The notes under the pieces were generated by a model that was given only the letters and a program-made list of their open reading frames with translations, ran no database searches and was not told where the DNA came from. 64,000 nt of DNA, taken from contig NMRA01000070.1 of the NCBI GenBank assembly GCA_002633005.1, positions 215,575 to 279,574 on the forward strand, read 5' to 3'. The DNA comes from Phoronis australis. Its lineage: Eukaryota > Animalia > Phoronida. The translations under genes and the position numbers were made by a program. Shown piece by piece: positions 54,488 to 64,000 of this stretch (position 1 is its first letter; every line of letters begins with the position of its first letter).

Positions 54488-57400
54488 CTTTGTCTGAAAG
54501 CGGCGCCACAAACTAGTATGCGACAGATTGATTTCTCTTGACCAATTTATCGAATGGCCAGACTCAATACTAAATTAGTCAACAGTTATACAGCATGCCT
54601 ACCCCTTTTCAAAAAAATCAATATACTTTCAGTGCTTCAGTACCTTCGATTTCACCCCAATTACCACAGGTCAAATTTATTCATACACGTTAGGGACATT
54701 TCGATTATATTTTAGAGTTCCGATGGCGCGCAGGTATACAGGTGTATACAATATAAAAGCGTTGAGGTTTTGTAGGACCCTAAAAACTTCGGAAAATCGT
54801 ATCTCAGAAAAGGCTGATCGGATTCAGATGAAATTTATGCTTAGGCACTCTTCTCCAAATCACTTGCTAGGAATGTTTTTAAAATGATCCACTTTTGCAA
54901 AAGAAGTCATCAAGAATAAGCATTTTATGACTATTATGAAAAAATTTAAAAGCTGCATTGAACGAAAATAAAATGATAATTCGTAAAATTGGAAAAGTGC
55001 TTTGAGGTTTCATCTTCAACATCTACATCAAAAAAAAAATTGTCATGCTATTGATACCGTTGTCATGTTGCTATGAATGTAACTTTCTTTTTTTGATAAA
55101 ATGTACTAGAAAGAGATGGTCACGGGTCTCAATCGATGGCATATTGGTATAAGGGATGAACCAATTTCTACAAGCTTTCTAAACAAGCACTTTTACAGAG
55201 GAAGATTATATAGTTTCGTAGATATTTGTCGGAATGAACAAACTTCTCGTTAAGATCCTACATAGTAAGCTTTAAATGGAATTTATTTTTTTCTCATTGG
55301 CGATTCCTATATATGCCTCCCTGGGTAAGGCAAAAACAACGTAATTGCTCTGGTCTGTGGTGTTTTTGAAAATTGATGTGGTGATGCGGTATCTATTTAG
55401 CTGTCCATATTTTCAAAAAAGAAAATTTCACCTGATGCCACCAGAAACGGGTTGGGAGCCTTCTTTACTCTTGCGCCATCTGGTGGCAGCTTTGAGGCAC
55501 AGGTTTCAAAAGTGTTCAAATGTTCAGAAGGTAGATTGAACGTCTCATCCACACTCTGAAAAAACTCACGTGTGAACGCTAATCAGACGTCTTCGCTATT
55601 TTATCGTCTGCCCCCGAAACGGTAGACCTTTCTTCTCTATCGTCAGGCAACTTGTGGTAGGGGTGGCACATTGTCATTGTTGGCTAGACGGCTTTTAGTT
55701 TGTGTACATCGTGCTAGGTGATGGAACGTCTTTTGTGAACGCATCTGATCTGCTTCTCATCAGGCGTCCCACCTTACTTCTCTTAAAAATCCTATTTCTC
55801 ACATGACCTAGAATGTGTTACGACACGACTGGTTCATAACACCGAGTACGTATTTTTTGATATTGCATTGGCAAATCACAAATTAGTGCAAAATAGAAAT
55901 CCATACGCCTTATATTTTATCGTCTGCAAAACCCTAAAACAAGCAAGCGCCCGCCAACCACACAATGCCGGAAATCCGAGAAGGTGACAAGGTTATGATT
56001 GACAAATCGGGGATAATTGTTCAGAATAGGACGACATTGACTTACACACATGATTTCGGTATCGTTCGATTCCTCTCATCGTTCTCAATCCAAAAAATAT
56101 CTCCTACCGTGTCCCCTTACAATTTTATCGTCAAGTTTTTGTTCGCACTATTTCCCCGTTGACACCGCCATGTTCAATAGAAAGGAGTTATCTGGCGGAC
56201 AAAAATTGAAACAATTTAGAGACACACGTCCTATCCGCAGAGTGTCACTCTTCACAAAATCAAACCAGAGTCGTTCCCGGAGGATGGGACGAACACATGG
56301 TGATTCTTCCACCCGACCCCAGTGGCGGATTTAGGGGTGGGAAAGGGCGCCATACCCCCCTTAAAATTTNCATAACAATTATGGTGCCATACCATATTCG
56401 GAAGGGAAACCGCCACTCCCCGAGGACACACCCGACGGGTGACTAAAAACGCCGCCATCATTCCGAACCTTTGTCTTCCTGTGTGGTTTAGCCCTTTCTG
56501 CGACATTCTAGATTCGCCACTACAGACTCAAATTAAATACCCACTCGTGAGCCAAAATATAGGCCTACATATTTATGAGCCACGTTTTGTGAATTCAACG
56601 CACTTTTAAAATTTAATGCTCAAGGTAATACGGTAGGCATTGAGCGCCAACCTACCGATAATCTTACCTTTACAGCACTGATTTAAAGCACCACCACGCT
56701 CCCTCACACATCAAAGTCCATGTGGGTCACGCGCTCTTAAAAGCCATTTAAAGCGGATGGTCGAATGGAAGAAAATGGTCCGCCCGATCATACGTATTCC
56801 TTGACTTAAACATGCACGCACCAACGGGGGGTGCTCCCCTTTTTTGCGAAGGGGCCAAAAAGGTCCGCCTCAGTGAAACAAAAACCCCGAAAACAAGTAG
56901 AAAACGTGACAACAAAGGTCCACTAAAAAGGCAGAAACTACCAAAATTCGACGAATGCACAATTCGTAGCTATGAACGTACACCATGAATCTTAGTAAAA
57001 GGTCCACATTTTCAAAAGCAGGGCCCTTGATTATTCGACAGGAAAGGTGCCTGTACTTTCTTTGAGGAGAATTTTTCGTGGTGAGTCGGTCACCATCAGT
57101 AGCATTCACCCTGTTGCAAACCCTCATAGTCTCTGCCTCAGGTAGCCAAATGTGACATTTAACGCTCTTTTACATTGTTACCTATGCGAGTAACAAATTA
57201 TTCGAACTTCGGGGGAAATTTTGGGACTAATGAGGGGAATTTCGGGGGATTTTTCAATATCTTTCGGAGGAAAGTGGGGTCGATATTTGGCCCCAAAATC
57301 AAGGGATTGAGGCCCTAAAAATATTATTCAGAGAGTCTAGGATGCGTTTGCATTTCGGCGGCGGCCGAAAGAAAGCAAGGTAAAGTAAATGTCAGTTTGT

Positions 57401-60400
57401 TAGTTCATGAGTTTTATATTCACTACTCTGCCCCATTTCGCTTTATTTTGCAAGTCACAAGTTATGTTAACGTTTTGGACCTAAATGTCTTGCCGGCGTA
57501 CACTATACCCGTGATGAAACCTGGTGATAGGGGGAATCCCTGCTCTTTTTAGGTCAACACCATGTGGATGGCCTTCCCCCGCCGTAAGTCGGGTATAGAG
57601 GGGAATCCTGCCCAATTATTTTAAGGTCAAAATCATTTAAATGTGGCCGGCGTACACACCCAGTAGCTCGGGAAAAGGGGGAACCCTGCGTCTTTTCTTA
57701 TACCGGGAGTTCATTTATGAAAACAGCCTGTGCATCACATGAAAAATATAAAATGGGTCCGTGTAATTGTGTGTTGCAGGTTGCGAAAAGGTGACTGGTT
57801 ATCTGTATACAAAATAGAAATGATTGGCACGATGTGTCATCAACTTTCAGTTTTCATCGTAGATCTAAATTACGTTGGCGATAACGACATGTACAGGATC
57901 TCATGCAAATAAAAATTATCGCAGCTATACGGTCACGTTTCGTATTGGAATAACCCGGTGCTATGAAATCATCAATCAATACAACACGGTAGATGGGGAG
58001 GGGGGGGGGGGAGGGACAGATGGAGTGCCTCCTCAATCACAAAAAATAAAACCGTAAAGATACGTTGAAGCGCATTTTGAGATGCACGTAAGGCTGGTGT
58101 TAACACGTGTAACTAAAGACTCGATCCCAGGGGGCGTCCCACTACTTCCAATGGGATGTGCGTCTGGTAAACTAGACGGACACTAGCGATTTAAGAAGGA
58201 ACCATTTTGTAGTTTCATGAATAAGTTTATTACCACACTGTTCTTGTCGTAATTCTGGGTTTAACCCTTACGAAAATACTACGCCACTTTGAATAAAGGC
58301 CACCATGACAACGTCAATGAACTCAAAGGCGAGAATGTAAATTACAATAAACATTTTAATATTCAGTTACAATCAAGACTAGTAAAATGATAACAAATTA
58401 TTGGGGCTGTATTTAATAAACATGCACCAACAGCATCACNGGGGCATACAAGGTAGGTTTACTGGACTTCAGGCAGGGATCTTTTCATGCAATGCACCTA
58501 ATTTAAGGACTAAGTCCCTAAATGTTTTGACTGAATTAAGAGCTCAGTTTTTAGTTATAATATTATGAAACATCATAAGTCAAAAGAGGAGTTCATAATA
58601 AAGATAAAATGATAGAAAAATATAAAAACTGTGAGCAAAGAACAAAAAATTGCCTAAAAGATTTACCAACTCAGTTGAGTATAGGCAGATCCAGAGTGGC
58701 AGGTCAAAGTGGTCTGGACCCCCCATTTTCCTTCATTGTAGTGATATCAATGCTAGAACTTTCAAATTGTTGACTTGGGCCACCTTTCTTAAAAAATCCT
58801 TATCCGACCCCCCCCCCTTTAAAAAATCCAGGATTTGACCCTGTTGGGTCGATATTTGGGACAGTTTCATGTAAATTGGCACAGACACAACTGCTTGAAT
58901 CTAGAACGTCTTCAAGATGTGAATTTTCGAAAGAAAGATCTACTAATTTCTCCATTTTATTTTAAAACTAAGTTTGTGTGATAAAAGCTTACATAATTTA
59001 TTGTTAATTAATTGATATTAACACCTGGAATATTGGGGGAAGAAAGCTATCTCTGCCCCCAACCTTTCAATTGGCTGAGGGGCACCCCCACTCCTATCTG
59101 TTCTTCAGCAGATCCATTTGATGTTTATTACATTCCTGACCCCCCTGGACAAAATCCTACAGGCTCGGTACCTGCACATTCTCCAATAACCTATTTTCAT
59201 CTGCTCAGCTCTCATTACTGAGTCTCCCTCTGGCTTATGATTTATTTCTTGGAATTTATATTACCTTTGCTGCCCAATTTTTTTCTTGGTTTATTCTATA
59301 TTTTGCCTATGCGTATTTTTCCATTACAGTGCTCGTGTTTTTTGTTTTCAATATTTTAAACAAAGGCACTTCACTGACAATTTTGAATTTGACAAACTAA
59401 GATCGGCAATAGTGAATGCCTTGCGTACTTCGTCGGCCCACACACACCCGCTAGGTGTCGCCACGGTCCATGACACAATAATGGCGGCGGCCTTGGTGAA
59501 TAGTCTTGTTAGCGTCTTTGCCCCAACTGTGCTTCACTCCTTGTTCAAGGCTTAAAATAGCTAGTGTCACGCACTATCGTCACGCGCTTCGCTCAGTCTC
59601 GCGCTAGCCTTTGCCTAACGCGCGTGACTCAGTGGACATACTTTGGGTTATGGTGCGCCCGGTGAAAAAGTCGACGGAAACCAAAAAAGTGGAGTTGAAA
59701 TTCTTCGGCAAAATCACCCCAATCTCATAACTAAGCAGCTAGCTTCATCGGAGATATGTATAGAAGTAAAATAAATGGATCCATGAAGAAAGGAAGCGTT
59801 TTTTAAGTGATAGTTTTAAGTGTGGAATGTATTTTTTGACGATGTGAAACTCAAAATCAGTGGCCGGATATGGCTAGACGAAATGGTACAGAAAGCAATG
59901 GGAACTTATTTTAGCACCTAACCGGCCAACCGAGGGGCTACGTGTTGACTAGCCCCTGTCCTACCAGCCCCGTTGATAATCTTTATACCTCGCCGACGGG
60001 TCTCATCCCCAAAGCGGACGGCGATTGTCACAACTGAGATATCCCACTTATACCCAGGGAAGTGGTGAAATGGCGAGGGATTGGTTTGGGTTTGAGAGAT
60101 CATTAGAATCGAAAGAAATCGGCCGTTAGAAAAGCCATCTGTGGCTACAAATAATAGATAAGGGAAGTATCGTTTGTGCAGGACAATTAACGACGAACGG
60201 GAAGGAGTCTACTAGGTATAAACTTGTCTAATTAGGAAAACTTACGAGTGAATGTACTGTTTCTTGAGGCTGGGCCAACAGGAAGCTGGAGAGAAGGAAC
60301 AAACAGCGCAACCATCGGTCTTGGTAGGAACTAACCAGGGGTTAGATATGAAGCATGAAGGGCTGTATAACGGTATTTGCCCAAATAATAGGATTTATGT

Positions 60401-60987
60401 CAGACTGCCATAAATCTCATTATTTCGGTATGTGTGCCTACGTCGTGTAGGGTTTCCAAAAGACGAGGAGGGGAGGGAAGTTAAAAACAGTTGGCTTCCC
60501 TGCCAGGTACATTTCTCATCATAACTTAGTCGTCTATAATTCCTCAATCCCATGATGGAATTTCCGATTTTGTTTGCCGATTTCTAAGCAGACGTCTCGT
60601 CCCGTTCACTGCCGCTGGTGAACTCTGAATGCTTGCACAAGTATTGTTTTAACTCACGTGCCAAATGTCAACTCACTTGATACATCCCGGTAAAATACAA
60701 AGATACAGTATCAAAGTTTGACATCAGCGTAGGCCTACACAGCAATGGGTTTTATGTCAAGACTAAATTAGCTACAGAGATGTGATGTGATGTGATAAGC
60801 TGTTACACATTTCAGACATTTTCGGGACTGGGTGAGGAAGTCAAGAAGTAAACCCTAATAATTGCCAAATGTATCAAAGAAATGGCATAAGAATATTCAT
60901 TGAAACGAACACTCAGAATTCCACGTTATAGACATACTCTTGTAGTGGTAGCGACAGCAGACGATAATGTAGGCCTAGTTCCTGGGG

Positions 60988-61975
60988 GCAAAAGGTACCC
61001 GCTCATCCAAAACCTTTACGGCAAGCAGATGGCGCTGGATGCAGTGATGCTTTACTAACAGGCAGCGCTGCTTACAGTCATGTGACATTCTTGTGTGAAC
61101 TGGATCTTGACCCAGCACCTTGACCTACATTCTACAGCTGCTGACGTCACATCGCCGTTGTGACAACGTGAAATGATGAGCTCAGTGCTTCACTCTTTGT
61201 TTATACCGTCAGCTGTTATTAATCATGGCCACCAACATGTTCATAGTGCATGGTTCAGTTCGTTAAATAGATACTATATAAGTTGAAACCGCTCTCTTTT
61301 GCCTTAGTGTTGATAGAACATAAAATATTACAGACGTTTTTACTTGGTGAACCATCAGCTGCCGTGCCGTGCCACGGCCAGTCCGGTCTGCTGGTCTCAG
61401 TGTTGGTGGCTAACGAGACACTGAACGAAAAAGAAAATATCGCAAGAGAATAAAACCCAACATGTACAATGTATATCACCATGTATAATTCAAGCATAAT
61501 TTAAAAAATATAGTGGTTATATTTCAACCTAATTAAAATTATGGTTGTTGAGTTGCCGAAATCACGCCGGGCGGAAAAGTGGCCGGGCCCGGTTTAGTAG
61601 CCTCACCATGGTCACGTTCATTGAATATATATTTTACCCCAGCGTTTAGGCTGAGCAACCACAACAGCGTAGATTATTAACCCTTTCATCTTAATTATAT
61701 GTTATAAATAGCTATTACAAATAGGGTTTTAAACATGGAATGTCGGACACAAAGATTTCTTTTCCACACAAATTCGCCACTCATCAGGACATACACTGTC
61801 TGGTTCATGAACTCTCGTGACCTGTGGCTACAGTCAGCAGCAGCAGAATGTAGATCAAGATGCTTGGTTAAGATTCTCTGGCAGACAGTCTTATTTGAGG
61901 GATAAAATGACACGTGATTTATGAGAAGCGCCATCTGTTTGCCGTAAAGGTTTTGGATGAGCGGGTACCTTTTGC
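60988..61975. mobile_element. ~990-bp MITE with 49-bp TIRs
   Basis: gcaaaaggtacccgctcatccaaaacctttacggcaagcagatggcgct at 60988-61036 and its near-perfect inverse at 61927-61975. Confidence 0.8.
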
Positions 61976-62913
61976 TTCTTGGGGTGGTCTATTCCAATAG
62001 CGAGCTATGAATCAGCGCGGCTTTGCGTGATTTTGCACATCACATCATAAAGAGTTCCATAGCAACTCGAGTATGAGTGTCAGATTTGGGAGTCTACTCG
62101 AAATACGATATTAGACACGCTTTTTTGAGTACGACTCCAGTGAGCACGATTTTGAGTATGAAATCTCGAGTATGAGTATGAGTCTGAGTACGGAGATTGG
62201 AGACCGGGCCCAGGTCATAGCTCGCATGTGAGGTAATTGACCCAAGAGGTTTTTGCCTCAAAATATGGGGAAGTGATTGCCTCACACGTTGCATTTCTTT
62301 TACCCCTTGAGCGTAAGACCTCTGAGAGGAATGCAGGTGATTTTCCGAATACCCCTTGTGGCCATTTTGCTCCATGTAACTGTCATGGCAAGTACGTATT
62401 TTAGAGCGGAATAATTTACCTATTAAATAGAAAGTTTCAAATTTCTTTCCTGTAGTTACATGTAGATTGTTGTTCTTTAAACGCTGAGGTACAGTAGGCG
62501 GTGATGAAACAAAAGGCTGAGACACAACTTTTAGGACAGAGTGAACCCGTGTGCTCTGTGGTGGCTTGAGATTAACATGCAACCGAAACTCGCTCTTTAC
62601 TTCAAGGTTTCGACGTAGATCAGATAGATTGTCGCAAGAAGAAGTCCGCCGGCAGGTGCAATCCCTCGAACCGAAATTTCAACTGGATGAAGAGAAATTG
62701 CGCCAAGACTTGTGGAAAATGTGGGAAACTGCCTGGTGGCATGAACCCAGGTGCAGTTGAGGTGTCCATTTCATACGTTGCACACCAATGTGGCGCTGTT
62801 AAGATCTAAAAGTGCTCTTTGTTGTAATTCATCATCATTTCATGTAAAGTAGTATTAAGTAAAAAACAAGAGATCACGTTTCTGTCTATTACTGGAATTA
62901 AAACTTACAAAAA

Positions 62914-64000
62914 TTAGCGACGTTGCGTCTGGATCTCACGGACTTCAGCTTGGCTTGTGACGTTATCGATACTCTGGCCAATTGGTGGCGTTTTGGGTAA
63001 ACGGCGCGGCATTGACGTCAGTACACTATCCCATACGTGTGTCAAATCGAATCGTAAACCGCCTCTTTTATTTAAAGAGGGACTCTCAATGCACTCGTGG
63101 AGAGCTTCCTTTCCACCCCTTTTGAACCATTCTTCTTCGCAGTCTAAGATAGTAACATCATGCGTATTGAAATCATGTCCAGTAGGGCACGTGTGGCTAA
63201 AAATAGCCGAATCATAAGTGTCCCTGTAACTAGGACGACAATATTGTGACATACGCATTTTAATGGACTGTTTCGTTTCACCAATGTAACTGTCTGAGCA
63301 CTGGGATCCTTACACCTGACACCATAGACAACACATGATTTATTCACTTTGGGGGTCTTGTCCTTGACATTAACCAGTTGGCTGCGGAGAGAATTAAAGG
63401 GTGTGTGGATAATAGAAATGTCAAACTGCTTAAATGTTCTCTTGAGGCGGACAAACAGACCCTGGACGTCAGAAATCACCACACGAGTAGCAGAACTAAC
63501 AGTAGTGGTTGCCTTTAATTCTCTCCGCAGCCAACTGGTAAATGTCAAGGACAATACCCCCAAGGTAAAAAAATCCTGTTTTGTCTATGGTGTCAGGTGT
63601 AAAGATCCCCGGTGCTCAGCTAATTACATTCATTTTTGTTGAAACGAAACAGTCCATTAAAATGCGCATGTCACAACATCTTCGTCCTAGTTACGGGGAC
63701 AGTTAAGATTCGGCTATTTTTAGCCACATTTGCACTATATGATTTCAAAACGGATGATTTAACTATCTTAGACTGTGAGGAAGACTGTTTTAAAAGGGTT
63801 GTAAAGGAAGCTCTCCATGAGCGCATTGAGAATCCCTCTTTAAGTAAAAGAGGCGGTTTACGATTCGATTTGTCACACGTATGGGATAGTGTACTGACGT
63901 CAATGCCGCGCCGTTTACACAAAAAGCCACCAATTGGCCAGAATAACTATGACGTCACAAGCCAAGCTGAAGTCCGTGAGATGCGGACGCAACTTCGGTA
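62914..64000. mobile_element. Second Penelope-like family: two 5'-truncated GIY-YIG-encoding copies head-to-head (62914-63500 minus; 63513-64000 plus)
   Basis: Frameshifted peptides FNSLRSQLVNVKDKTPK..VVYGVRC..GET..MRMSQ..SAIFSH..GHDF..ILDCEEEWFKRG.KEALH..PSLNKRGGLR, typical of the Penelope/Poseidon endonuclease; the two copies are reverse complements. Confidence 0.85.

Overview
Intron-rich, AT-rich eukaryotic DNA, most consistent with a marine invertebrate (probably lophotrochozoan) draft assembly; single-N joins lie at 9127, 15569, 39625, 44653, 56370 and 58440. Two multi-exon genes converge tail-to-tail. On the + strand is a complete Piwi (PIWIL1-type) gene, CDS 6109-24034, 17 coding exons, about 871 aa, with an intact DEDH slicer tetrad. 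On the - strand is a type-I membrane protein gene, CDS 54487-31278: signal peptide, a Cys-containing 'HFxGxTISW...NSSP...DPDGD' ectodomain resembling Sib/integrin-beta-like proteins, at least 8 EGF repeats, a TM helix and a cytoplasmic tail. Both genes carry near-identical exon duplications abutting N joins, most likely uncollapsed alleles. The most striking mobile feature is a 1692-bp TTAA-flanked, internally deleted Kolobok transposon (35861-37552). Its 158-bp TIRs each carry an inward ETS-CRE-like promoter motif, and its open THAP and KolX(P2X7-like) N-terminal ORFs now overlap antisense. A 114-bp solo-TIR derivative of the same family sits in a Piwi intron. Also present: Penelope retroelement relics with inverted arms and minimal hammerhead ribozyme motifs, Helentron/HINE-like repeats carrying co-oriented CTCF-like motifs, a deleted hAT element, several MITE families and minisatellites. 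All assignments come from manual reading; no database search was run.
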